Assembly (NCBI GenBank): GCA_000002445.1
Contig: CP000068.1
Location: 1,536,001 to 1,600,000, forward strand
Length of the DNA: 64,000 nt
From: Trypanosoma brucei
Taxonomy: Eukaryota
Direction of reading: 5' to 3'
The position numbers were made by a program, and so were the translations under genes. Of this stretch, positions 12,530-24,360 are shown piece after piece (position 1 is the stretch's first letter; the number at the start of each line of letters is the position of its first letter). A model generated the notes under the pieces. It saw nothing but the letters and a program-made list of their open reading frames with translations, had not been told where the DNA came from and ran no database searches.

Positions 12530-14041
12530 AAGGTAGCAGACGCCAGCGGAAATTTTTTATTTGCGAGGAAACTGTAATCTTTTCAAGTTGAGTCTTACCA
12601 TTTACAACTATCTTCACATTCTTTCTCTCCTTTCCCTGGACATTTATCCTTTTTCTTTCCATTTTTCTCCTGCTTCTTGGCTTGCTTTTTCTAGTCTTTC
12701 CTTCAGTTCCATTTTCGAGATGCACTTTTTTTCAGCTGGTTTGTTGTCGTGAAAATGGCAATGTTCAGTAGCATTACATGTCTTTGGGTCATTGTCTGTG
12801 ATTTTATTGCAAGCTTCTTCTGAATTGCTTGACTGTTTGTTATCTTTGTTAGCTTCTACGTCATCTTTTAACTTGATTATTTCGTTGTTTTTGGCTATTA
12901 TTGAATTAAAAAGCAGTTTTAAAAGTTGCTCAACGCTCTGTATTTCAGAGAGCGAAGTCTCGCCGTTTTCTTTGTCAGAAAATTCTTTGTTTGGAATTTG
13001 TGTTTCTTTAATATCTTTCCATACCTTGAGGTCGGTTGGCTTGTCGCTATCTTTGTAGATCTCTTCTAGCTTCTCGCTTGTTGGGCCGGCGTCGCTGCTT
13101 GTGTCGTATTTTTTTGTTTTCTTCAGTAGCTGGTGGTGGGCTGCTGCCTTTGCTGCTGCCAATTCCTGCAGACATTTAATGGTGAACTTTGTATGCTCTT
13201 TTCCCGCCGCGATTTTATTCTCTGCGGCATATATGAGCAGGTTGCCAAACTCCGCATAAGTGGTTCCGGCTGTAATTTTTTTTCATGTTTTTGCAGGCTG
13301 CGCAATGTGTATCATCGCGGCGCCTGCTGTTGCCTGGCTGAGGTAGCCGGTGTCATATGTTACTGGCGCAGCTAGCGTTTGTGCGCCCACCATGCTGGTG
13401 CCGGTGTGTTGAGTTAGGGCGTAGTTCTGGACAGTTCCAGTCGTTGCTGCATCGCCTGAGGCAGTGGAGAGCTCATCGAACAGAGACGAAGGACTGGTTA
13501 TAGCTTTGTTGGCCGTCGCTTTAGCGTCAAGCTGAGGGCCTACACCGCATTTTTTTCAAGGCTTGCCTTTTTTGCACTGCATTGCTGTTCCTGATTCTTC
13601 TAGGCACCCGTGAGTTTCGCATGTAGCGTAGGCCCCTGCAGCTATTTCTGCGAATTCAGCAATCCAGACCTGTAGGTAACTGCCGGCTGCCTGTGCATTC
13701 AGTGCTACGTCTATTGCCGTTTGCAGCTGTGTGGCTGTTATTGCCAGAAGCTCACGAAGCGATTACAGCAGCGGCCGGAGATTTGTGGCTGCTCCGGGCG
13801 GCTGTCTAGCAAAATATACCATTATTTTCAGTTTGTCTTTTAGCCACGAATCTGCTGTTGCTATGCTCGTTTTTAGTTTGGCAGCCCTCGCCGGAGCTGC
13901 CGTCGCCAACGCTTCCGCTACGCCACACAGTGGCTGCCAGACCGTGTGTTTAACGGCGTCGCCTGCACTTGCGGATGCAGCATCTGCTAGATATATTATG
14001 AGCAATAGCCTCGCTATGTCGTGCATTTGTGTAATGGGCAT
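12530..14041 (-). pseudogene. VSG: VSG pseudogene (cassette D), heavily fragmented
   Basis: The N-terminal ORF at 13763-14041 contains IARLLLIIYLADAASA and WQPLCGVAEAL. The C-terminal ORF at 12644-13162 contains EHCHFHDNKPAEKKC. Between them are multiple stops and frameshifts. Confidence 0.75.
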
Positions 14042-15231
14042 AGTTGCACGGCTTCTCTTTCTTAGATTTTCTTTCTTGCTTGGGGGATGATGTTGGCAAC
14101 TGACGTATGATATTTGTAGATTTTTTGTCCGGGCCTGGGTTAAGTCGGAATCATGGCATAAAATGGTTGTTGAGGCGTTTAGTTATCTTCTTACGGTGGT
14201 CTTGGCTACGTCTGATCTTAATCTTGCAGTTAGCCGCACCACATCGTTTACTTTAGGTTTTTACTCTCTTTGAGTGCATATCGTCTCGCTGGTTTGAGTT
14301 AGACTTTTGTTGCACTTCTTTAATATTGTTCGTCTTTGTTGAGTAGAACCAACTGTCAACAGCTGACGGCTTTTCTTTTATATCCAAACACTAATTTAAA
14401 CACATTAATAAAAATCTACAACACCTTGATTCCTATCGGTATATCAAATATCAACGTATTCTCCAACATTATAGCTTCTAATTGTTCCAAACTGTCGACA
14501 AACTTTACATATCTGAAATTTCAGTCTTTAGGGTTATTATTAATTTTTGTTTTTCTACAGTTTTATCCGTACTAACTGGTGCTGGAATAACAAAGTAACA
14601 AGAAGCTTTTCAGGGTCAGAATTCCTTTGAAGCTCCTGTTTTTCGTCATTCAGCTCTGTCATCTTCCGGCGTTTACGTTTAAGACAAGGCAAGTTGTTGC
14701 CAGAAAGCGTCTTCTTCACTGCTTTTCTTTTGTTAATGTGTGTTTTCGGTCTAAGGCATATGACCACTCTTACATACCTTAATCATTTCTTATATTTCTT
14801 AGCGTCTAGCGTGTATACCGATATGGAATTGAAGGGATATAACCATTGATCCTCTCCACTTTATAGAGATAGCTCATTGATTCATATACGAGGTTTCTTA
14901 TCCATTTAGTGTCTCCTTCACCTTGAACTTTAGTTAGCATTATCTCCTTGTTCTATCACTGTGTACAACGCAGTTGCTACATTTGTTCGATGTATCGTGC
15001 TGTGTGTCTCAATTATCGCATCCTCAAAATTATATCATATAATAATGTCTTGTCACTTTCTTCTCATGACAATGCGTACAATCAGTTTCATCACTTCATT
15101 TCATTCTACAATGATACCCATTTTCATTCTAATCCACCATTTCTACCTTATTTAATCACCCCCATCGCACGCTTTCCATTGTATTAACTAATTTTCTTTC
15201 AACCATCCACTTACTATTCATCATTGTTTTT

Positions 15232-15293
15232 ATTGATAATATTAGTATTTACACACACTCACAACGCTCTCTTATCATTATTATTAGTATTTA
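15232..15293 (-). repeat. 70-bp repeat, about 1 copy
   Basis: The plus strand reads tatttacacacactcacaacgctctc followed by an ATT tract. Confidence 0.8.
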
Positions 15294-15521
15294 TCTTTAA
15301 CTAATATCCATCAAATTAACAAAATTAAAAAAATTAGAATATCACTTACTTTACATTCATATACCACTATCACACACATTTAAAAAAAACATGAAAAAGT
15401 GTTATAATATGCCATACTTTTAGAGAAATTTTAAGCTACATAAAATGGATCTAAAATTTTTACCAATAATTCTTAAAGTTGTTAAGCTAGAGGAAAAACT
15501 GCAAGCAAAAAGGGACTTTAA

Positions 15522-16946
15522 TTACAGCTGAAAGAACCGTTCCCTCTTTAACTTTGCACTCTTTCTTTTCTGCGTTACAATCGCATTTTGTTTTGTCGCA
15601 ATCTTTCTCTTCGACGGCTGTGAAAACCTCGGCTTTTTTATCCCCGTCTTTCTTATCGTCTTTTTGTCTGGTTTTTCGCTTTGTTTGAGCTTTTCCTCTG
15701 AGCCTGATAACTGAGCTTTTTCCGCTGCTTCTTTGCCGAGATAATATGCTAATACGGTTACACCATCAGCTGTCCCTGCCAATTCAAAGGGAGTCTTTTT
15801 TATTGGCATGTTCCTTATTTTTATGTCAATCCTTGTCTTGTCAATAGTGTCTGTGACTCTTTGCTTGAATATTTCTGGCTTTGCGCCGAAAAACTTGTGA
15901 ACAAGCGCTTTCCTTTCGATTGCATCTTTTGGAAGTGGTGTGTCTGGTGATCTTATATCAGTTAGGGTTTCTGCTAACCGGTTTTCAGCTTCCAGTGTCG
16001 ACAACGGGCGGTTGTGTGGAGGTGTATATGCAGGTTTCGGGGTACGCCTTAGCTGGCAGATAGCTGCTGCTAGGGCTGTTGGTTTGTACTGGTGCGGCTT
16101 ACTGTCGTCGCTGATTTTTGGGCACGCCGTCTGGTCCCCTGTGCTCTTTAGTGCTATCTTCGTTTTTTTGTACGAGTGCGCTTTGTGTTCGACTTTGGGT
16201 AGCAGTGCGTTGGCTTGATTGGCGCCGTCAAAGTCTTGTGATGCCGTGATGCAGGCGCCGGTCGTGTGTGCGGATCCTACCATGGCTCCGTTTACTTCTC
16301 CTTTACTTAGGGACGTCGCTTCTAGGACGTGTCTGCTTGCGGCCGTTGCCGCCAGCGTTATGTGCTCGGTGGTCTGCCATTTGACGTTAGAGCGCTTTAC
16401 GTCGTCTTCTTCGCTGTCTAGGCTGCAATTTTGCGCGGTGTACGAGATTTTGACAGCCGCCTTGCAGCCGTGTATGGTGTTAGTTGAGCCAATTGTGAGT
16501 GGGCTGCCAAGTTTGCTTCCGCTCTCTAAAGTTATTGTTTTGGTTGCTGTATCGTGGTCAGTTAGGTGCACCGCTTCCTGTATTTTTATTATCTCCCGCG
16601 TCGCCGCTACTTGTTCGTTGTGAGCTAGTGTTGCAGAGATTAGCTGTGATACATCTGCCTCGGCGATTGTCGCTAGCGCTTTGAAGGCCACTGCTGTTAC
16701 TGCGTCGTCTGACGAAGCTGCTGCTATTATATATGCCACCGCAGCTTTAACAGCTGTAGTTGCAGCTGATCCGTCGCTCAAATAAGTCGTTTTGATTTTG
16801 TCGTTGATTAATTTAAGATATCTGGCCGTCTGGCCGGGTGTGGATACAGCCTGGCTGGCGGCGTCATCGTCGCCCATGGTGCCCGTTAACTGAGCTGATT
16901 CCACTAGTATTATTAGTGGCTGTCTCCCTGCGTTGGTGTAAAGCAT
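15522..16946 (-). CDS. VSG: VSG (cassette E). The 474-aa ORF has a C-terminal frameshift, the canonical GPI-signal frame ends near 15488, and the N-terminus is atypical.
   Basis: The ORF ends KRKSAKLKRERFFQL. The same DNA in another frame encodes EEKDCDKTKCDCNAEKKECKVKEGTVLSAVIKVPFLLAVFPL followed by a stop, which is a GPI-type tail. The start MLYTNAGRQPLIILVESAQLTG is only weakly like a signal peptide. Confidence 0.7.
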   Translation of the reverse strand: MLYTNAGRQPLIILVESAQLTGTMGDDDAASQAVSTPGQTARYLKLINDKIKTTYLSDGSAATTAVKAAVAYIIAAASSDDAVTAVAFKALATIAEADVSQLISATLAHNEQVAATREIIKIQEAVHLTDHDTATKTITLESGSKLGSPLTIGSTNTIHGCKAAVKISYTAQNCSLDSEEDDVKRSNVKWQTTEHITLAATAASRHVLEATSLSKGEVNGAMVGSAHTTGACITASQDFDGANQANALLPKVEHKAHSYKKTKIALKSTGDQTACPKISDDSKPHQYKPTALAAAICQLRRTPKPAYTPPHNRPLSTLEAENRLAETLTDIRSPDTPLPKDAIERKALVHKFFGAKPEIFKQRVTDTIDKTRIDIKIRNMPIKKTPFELAGTADGVTVLAYYLGKEAAEKAQLSGSEEKLKQSEKPDKKTIRKTGIKKPRFSQPSKRKIATKQNAIVTQKRKSAKLKRERFFQL

Positions 16947-18221
16947 CTGCTTGCGTGTGTGAGTGATGCTGCTGGTGAGGTGTCTGTGGAATTGGCTGGT
17001 TGGTTCTGTCGTTGCGAAAGTGGCGGAACAAAAGATATATATTCTTGGTGTGCTGCTGAGATGCGTGCCTACGATGCTAGTACATAGGCTGAGCCGTAGA
17101 ATTTACACTTTTAATTCCATGTTAATTTGTTTGACATCTATATCTATTTAATCTATTGGTTCGTAAATCCGATTGTTCAACTCTTAAAAGTACTTTTCAC
17201 ACTACTACACCTGAAAAATCAAAACTCAAGGTTTCTAATCTTCTCTATTTCCAGACAATTCTGCGTTACATTCCGAATTAATAACCAAGTTCCGCCATTG
17301 CTTCTTAAAAAACGATTACTTTTCGCTCATATTTTGATCATGTGGCGTTAAGTTGTTCCGATGCCGTTAAATGCTGGGTCATTTTTGTAGCTAACGTACC
17401 TTGTGTGACGCTTTTATCTTCACTAATACGCGCCACTAACTCACCATATGCAACCGCTTTTATACGGATTAGTCTCTGTTTAGAAGCTCTTAATGGTTTA
17501 CCTGTATACAAATATGGAATTAGAGGAATTGTGTCTCTAATTCACTTTACTTCATAGAGATACGCTATTTTCTCCTATATGAGCTATTTAAAGACGTTTC
17601 CAAGTTTTTATTCTTATTTTTCTGTCAGCAAAAATCTATTATTGGTACTGGTTTTTAAATTTTCATCCTAAAAGTATTATATTATTTCCAGAAAATATGT
17701 GTCATTATTACTATACATGATGAGACTACTTTGACATTATTTCACATCTACCTAACACCTTTCCCAACCTTCTTAATCTTATTCTTTACATCTGAAGATT
17801 AGGGTACGACATCAGATTAAAAAACGAAGTCAATACCATCTCTACTTTTTCACCAATACATTTTTTGTGAGCTATAAGGCACAGTCTCCTGTACTGTTCT
17901 CTTCTGTGCTCTGCTGCCAGAGCTACCGTTGGTTTACTCAGTTTTTTAATTCCGTCCCTTTGGCTTACTAAAACTGTCACTTCATGTAACGTACGTACTC
18001 CCTTTATCCTCTACGTTGAATTCTGTATCTCCTTCATTTCACTTCTAACGTATTCTTGTGTATGATGCCTCTATCCGTCATTTATATGTATGAAACCGCG
18101 CATACCCAAACTCCTTCTTTGTATCTTTCTCATGGCCACTACCCTACTCATTTCCCTTGCACCTCTCCCATTTTTTGAAGAGCTTCGATTTTCCTCTTTC
18201 ATTCGGTTGCCACAACCACCC

Positions 18222-18394
<173 letters not shown>

Positions 18395-18553
18395 TTAAGA
18401 CTAACTGATTTCGGTCAAATAAACAAGATAAATGACATTAGAATAGTACTCGGTCTTTTTACCTTATCACCATATTAATTGGCATGAATGGTCCTCTTCC
18501 GCACTAAAATTTAGTATTTTTTAAAATACACATTTTTCAAAGGTTCGACAAAA

Positions 18554-18569
18554 GTGTTATAATATATCA
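18554..18569 (-). promoter_or_regulatory. VSG 3'UTR 16-mer (15/16)
   Basis: The plus strand reads gtgttataatatatca. Confidence 0.75.
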
Positions 18570-18605
18570 AATTTTAACCAGAAAAATTTTAAAGTACTAG
18601 AAAAA

Positions 18606-20147
18606 TTAAAATAGTAATGCCACAAAGGCAACCGACATTAGAGTAAATTTTTTATTAAAAAAAATACTGGAATCATTGCAAGCAATATTTTTCCATTTAC
18701 AGCTTTTGTCATCCTCACATTTTGCCTTATCAGTTCCGTGTCTTGCATATCCAGATGTATCTGTTCCTTCTCCTGCTTTTTCTACTGCTTTTTTGGCTTC
18801 CTCGCTCAATGTGCACTTTTTGTTGTGTTCCTTTGCTTCGCCGCTCCACGTGCATGGCGGTTTGCAATCTGTGTCTTTTTCTTTTTTATTGCATCCTTTT
18901 TCGGCTTCTTCTTGTTTTGTTGAGTCACCTGAGGCTGTTTCTGCTGCTGCTGCTGGACTTGCTGTTGGCCGCTTAAGCGCTTCCATGCAGTTTAGTGCTA
19001 GGAGGGTCGTTAGGGAATTATTGAGTGTGTGAATTTGTGCCTGTAGTCGAGTTATGGCGGCCTGTTTCCCGTGTAGTGCTGTTTGTTGTTCCGCTGCCGT
19101 CGCCAGTTTGCCGAGCCATTCTGGCGGTGCTATATCGGCTGGCCCGGTCCGAAAGCTTGCGCAGGCACCACTGTTTCCGCTGTTCTCACCGTCGCAGTTG
19201 CCTGTGCCCTGACCAGCGATATGGCCTATGATGCCGGTTTTGCCTGTCGTACCTTTGGCTGCGTTTAGTTCGGCCTGCAGTGCAGCTGTAATTTCAGTTA
19301 GTCTTTGCCTGTGTTGCGTTGCTGCGGTCCCGACCGTCTTCCGGCAGTCTTGCAGTATTGTCGACCAGTCCGTTATTTCTTCGTTTTGTTCCCCGAAGTT
19401 TTGGTTGCCTGTTGGGGTGCTGTAGCACGCCGTGTTTGTTCTCGGTCCTGCGGCGGTTGACGCGCACAGGCAAGCTATTGTTTCCGCGATTGATCTTTTG
19501 GCCGATGCGCCTGGGCCGGTGTCGCCCTTGCCGCAGTGGGTCTCCCTGTCCCCGCCGGCGCCTGGCAACTTCGGCTTGGTTGTTTTTGTCGTTACACCGT
19601 AGATGGCTTAAATCAAATGTTTTTTGACTGGGTCGTTGGTGTCGCCGTTTGAAAATATTTTGTGTGTTGTAGCAATCTTTATGAGTTTTTGCAGCGTGTT
19701 GTTTATCTTTTCCTTGAATCCGCGGTTTTCTGTGGTGGCCTGTAGAAGCTTTTGTTTTTCTGCTTCTGGTAAGCCTTTGAAATATGTTGCAGCTGCCGTG
19801 CACCGAGAAAGTTTTTCCTTTTTACATGCAGTTGAAATAGCGTCATTGTCGTCTGGTTTTGGCTTGCTGTATGTAATAAGCGACGCAACTTTGCTTATAG
19901 CTGTTGGTTGTTCCATGATTAATGACATGAATTGTGAATTTTGTGCTGCCTCCTTGGAAGCCTGTGCTGGTGCCGGTGCTGCTGAGCCTTCTTCCTCCGC
20001 TAACACCACTGCACATAACAAACTAAATGGGCCTCGGTTTTCTCCTTTGCTGGGTCCAGCTGCTGATACGTGTGTTGCTATTGACACGAACACCGCACAT
20101 ATGGCTACTAACAACATTGCTTGGGGTTTTTTCTGACGCTTAAACAT
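18606..20147 (-). pseudogene. VSG: VSG (cassette F) with a single interruption at about 19568-19608. The GPI signal is canonical and intact.
   Basis: The N-terminal ORF at 19608-20147 has the signal peptide MLLVAICAVFVSIATHVSA and GENRGPFSLLCAVVLA. The C-terminal ORF at 18606-19568 ends CKWKNIACNDSSIFFNKKFTLMSVAFVALLF. It is paralogous to cassette C. Confidence 0.85.
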
Positions 20148-20787
20148 TGCTGTTCGCTGAAGTACTAATTTTCGCTTGGTTAGGGACTTGTTGGTTGTAT
20201 AACAGTTGAAGATACATCGATGCCGGGTTGTATTCTGGTTAATTTCCGCAGAAATGCTGCAAATTTGAAACCGTGTAATCTCGCTATGGTTGAAGTGTTA
20301 CTTATTATGCCGCTTATCAGCCGTTATTGCCCGTTTTAAAGGTAATACATCTGACTATGCTCATTGTTTTTTCTTTTCGTTGATGGTAAGGAACATAATG
20401 GTACTGCCATAAAAAGTGACAGCTTCAGCAATTCATTTATAAGTCGCTCCATTCGTATGATAACAGGTGGCAGCTTCAGCTTGTAGTGAGGTGCATGTTC
20501 GGTGTTTGCCACTGCGCCTTCAACGTGGAAATCTCTGCTTTTGCTTATTTTTGCTGCGAACTTTCCGTGATTTTGGGAATGGCGCAGCGAAACATTATGC
20601 TTGTGTGAAGCCATGACCGCTTAAGTGTCACCTTATGTGTCGGAAAGATATACGGTGATTGATAAGGTTTAAAAGTCTTTAAATTTTCAACCGCTGTGTG
20701 AAAACATCTCTTAACAATATATTGACATAAACTCAGACGTAAAAAATACCCTTTCATTTATACAGCTGACACGTTTCCTCACATTCC

Positions 20788-21346
20788 CCACATTCAATTT
20801 CTCCATTGGCAATATTTCAAGGCACTGTAACAACAATGGCACCCTCATAAAAATATTATCATCTGCTTTCATTATATAAGGGTTTGTTGGCTTGAATAAT
20901 TACACTGCAAATTTAAACTACAGATACGTGTTTCTACTCATCGTGAGTTCTGCTTCCCATCCCCAATTACACCCCTCTCCAACTTTTTTATCTGCTGTAG
21001 GATTTACATCGCAAACTGGTAAAATAATAATATCCTGCTTTAACTCCGCCTCTTCTTCAGCGATTACTCTGAGCTCGCAATTGTTATTTGTATGAGGTGA
21101 AAGGGTATATACTACAGACAACTTCCCAGTAAAATTATTTACCTTCCTTGCCGCTTCGGGATAACTCCAACACGTTTCCCTCTGAAGGTTGCGCCTTCTG
21201 AATCTCCCATCATTATCTATGGAAGGTATTCCAGCTACAACCAAATAATCGTCGGCTTTCCAAATCATCCTTACATCTTTCGAAACAAATTTAATACACT
21301 CATCCTCAACACCTTCTAGTGAAATAGTACCACCTTCACCAAACAA
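20788..21346 (-). pseudogene. GT31 glycosyltransferase 5' fragment (duplicate of 10798-11338). The C-terminal half is absent.
   Basis: ORF 20918-21346 is identical from ISLE onward to the copy-1 N-terminal ORF and includes the RFRRRNLQRETCW box. The sequence diverges on both sides of the 541-bp shared block. Confidence 0.7.
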
Positions 21347-22317
21347 GCTTTATAGCGAAACACTAACGCTAGTTCCCATAATAATAAAGACTAAACTAAC
21401 CGGTGTATCATAAATACTTCATATATACTTCATACCTTCCTATTATCGTACTAATGAGAAGCTTGTAATTCATTTAAAAAATAATAGACAACATCGATAA
21501 AAGAAGTGTTAGTTCCATAAATCTATTTAGTGAAGGAATCCCTGTTTACATATATAAGTCATCATATGATATTGTTATGATATAAGTGTTAAAATGTGTA
21601 TTTTCCTGTCTTCAGCATTTATTTGAGAAACATATACTGTATTTGTTTTTGCTTTAAAAGTGAGACTCAGCCAAACCTAATGCAACAAAGCCGACGAACT
21701 ACACTTTTCCTTACATTATTCACATATCCCCTATAAGCAATGTCATAAAAATTTCGAATCTTAGTTGCGGTAGGTAATAGAGAATTACTAAAAATTTTGC
21801 TTCTTTCCTGTGCTAAAGACCCTTACCATTCTCTTTCATTATGAGACTTCAATAACCATAAATTTATGAACTACTGTCCCTTTTTTTCGATCATCATCTA
21901 TAGAAGCAGAAGATATCTTTTTTTTTGCGCAAAATATGGAACACGATCTATGCTGATGCATTTTTCCATCTGAGGTACATTTCCACGCCTGCCATTCTTC
22001 ACTTTGTATTTTATGTGTTTAATTTTACTCTATTGCTGCTACCAGTACCGATGACATAACAATCTGATTTTACCATTCACTTTATTTTGATTTTGCATGA
22101 TAGCCATATCCTTCTTTTTGTGCATGATAATTCCCATAATTATATCGATTTTAAGGTGCGTATACTCCATTTCCATCTACCCTTTTTTTGCTTTTTCTTT
22201 CATAATATTCCTCTTACTCTCCTACTTACTATCGCATTTACTATACCCATCATTCTCAACCCACACTTGTCATCGTTTCAAATGCTTCTGTTTCGGCTGT
22301 TCATTCTGCTATTACCG

Positions 22318-22400
22318 CTACTATAATTATCATACATATACGAACCAACAAAATGTTCTTATCATTAGGCTTGTCCCTTCCATCACCATTACTATTTTAA
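22318..22400 (-). repeat. degenerate 70-bp repeat remnant
   Basis: The plus strand reads tcatacatatacgaaccaacaaaatgttcttatcatt. It sits in the expected cassette position, next to the conserved element at 22400-22500. Confidence 0.4.
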
Positions 22401-22699
22401 ACCTAACTAGTATAAAAAATATAAATCAAATTAATATTTTTTCATAATTTCACTCATTTTTCACGTCATATCACCTTTCCACTTTACGTCCATAGGCCCA
22501 TTTCATGTACATTTCACTAAAATATAATATTTTTCAGATTTTTTAAAACTTTCAAAAGTTTCACGTTTCTCAAAAGCTTTAAAAATGTGTTAACATATAT
22601 TATATTTCATAAAATTCTCTCAAAATAAAAATATTCATAAAAATCATAAAATTGAGCAAAAATATTTAGATTTTTATAATCCAAATATAAAACAAAAAT

Positions 22700-24151
22700 C
22701 ACAAAATCAACAGACATAAGAGAAAATTTCTTATTGACAAGAAAACTGGAATCTTTACAAGCATTATTTTTCCATTTGCATCCATCTTTTCAGTGTTCTT
22801 GTTTTGTCTTTTCAGAGCACTTTGAAGTTGCCCCTGCTGCTCCTACTCCTGTTTGTGTGGCCTGTTCATTTACCTTTGTCGTAATAGACTTGCAGTGTTT
22901 TTCATCTGTTTCGTCCACTTACCATTTTCATTTTTCATTGGTTGTGCAGTCAGCTGCTTTTTCTATTGCTTCGCATTGTTTTTTGTTGGTTTCTGTTGTG
23001 TTTTCATTCGGTGGTTTGGCGTCTGCTCTAGTTGTGGTTGGCTTGGCTACGCTAGAACTCCTGTAAATTTCCCACGCTGTGGAGTTTATTACTTTCAATT
23101 GCGTTAGCAGGCTGTCGATCCGCCCATGTGTCACCAGTCGTTTGTCTGGTTAGCCCACGGCCCTTTCCAGATCCTGCATTCAGGTAATGCCGTTGTCGCT
23201 GTCACCAAGTTAGTGCTTGTAATTTACGGACATGCCATTGCTGCCATTGCCGTCGCATCCTTCGCTGTTTGTGGGTTTACTGAGTACAGCACAGGCTGGG
23301 AAGGCGCTTATGCTGCTAGTGTGCTTTCCCATTAAGTTTTTGACGCTGCCGAGAGCGGCTGCTATGCTGCCAGTTGTTAGCGCTGTTTCTCTTGTTTTCA
23401 GCCGGCATTTTGTTATCATCGTCTGGAGTTTCGTTTCCTTGTCTCCTTTGTGGTCGCTGTGGCCTTTTGCTGTTGGCGTGGTCCCCTTCTCACACGCAGC
23501 GGTAGCGCTTCCTTCCACGCCGACTCATAGACAGTATAGAGCTGTTGTCAAGGGCTTGTCTACTGTTGCAGCACAGGCTGTTCCGCCGCAAGTTTCGTCC
23601 ACACTGGTTGCTACTGTGGATCCGTCAAATGCAGTTTTCTTCTCGCCGTGCAGCGCTTTCTTAATTTTATGCAGGGCTAAAGTTTTGGTGGTGCTATACG
23701 CTTCTACTTACTGCTCCAGTGCGTCTTTTACTGCTTTCGCTGCAGCGTGTACTTTGATTAGGTTTTTGTTTGCACGTTCACGGTAATTACTTTTTGGTAG
23801 CCTTAGGATTCTGGGCTTGCCTGTTGAGTGTTCTTTTTCGTGTACCTCTTCAAGTTTCTTTCGCCAGGCTTCCTACTCACTTTCTTTGCTGTTGCTGCCT
23901 TCTGGTGTCAGTGCGCCATCTTTGGTTGTGTAGTATGTGTCCGTTTCTGTAGAAATATTTGGGTTCTCGATTTCGTTTAAGGTGGTCTGTACTTGAGCAT
24001 CTGCAGTTATGGCTTCCAGTTGCTTCGCTGCATCTTCTAGGGACAAAACGTTGCATATTACCGCAAATTCATTGTCGTTATCGTTGGCTGTTGCTGATAC
24101 CTGGCTTATTACTGTATACAACAAAGCCCAAACTGTGAATAAAGTTTCCAT
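22700..24151 (-). pseudogene. VSG: VSG pseudogene (cassette G), fragmented
   Basis: The start at 24151 reads METLFTVWALLYTVISQVSATANDNDNEFAVICNVL. Middle ORFs contain GCDGNGSNGM and CTTNEK. The 3' end encodes VNKKFSLMSVDFV but its stop codon is lost. Confidence 0.75.
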
Positions 24152-24360
24152 TGTATGGCGCTTTTTTTTCTTACTAAAACGAGGTTGAGAAAACATAGAG
24201 GTAATGAATAGCGTTTTGCTTAGAGGAGTTGTAGTTGTATCTCCACAAGCTACCGACTGCTGTGTTTCTTGTTGCTTGCTCTCCGCGCTGGGGCTGACGC
24301 TTGGTGCAATTTGATTAGCCAAGGTATGGCTGGCTAGGAGTCTGTGAAATGGGCACCTTT

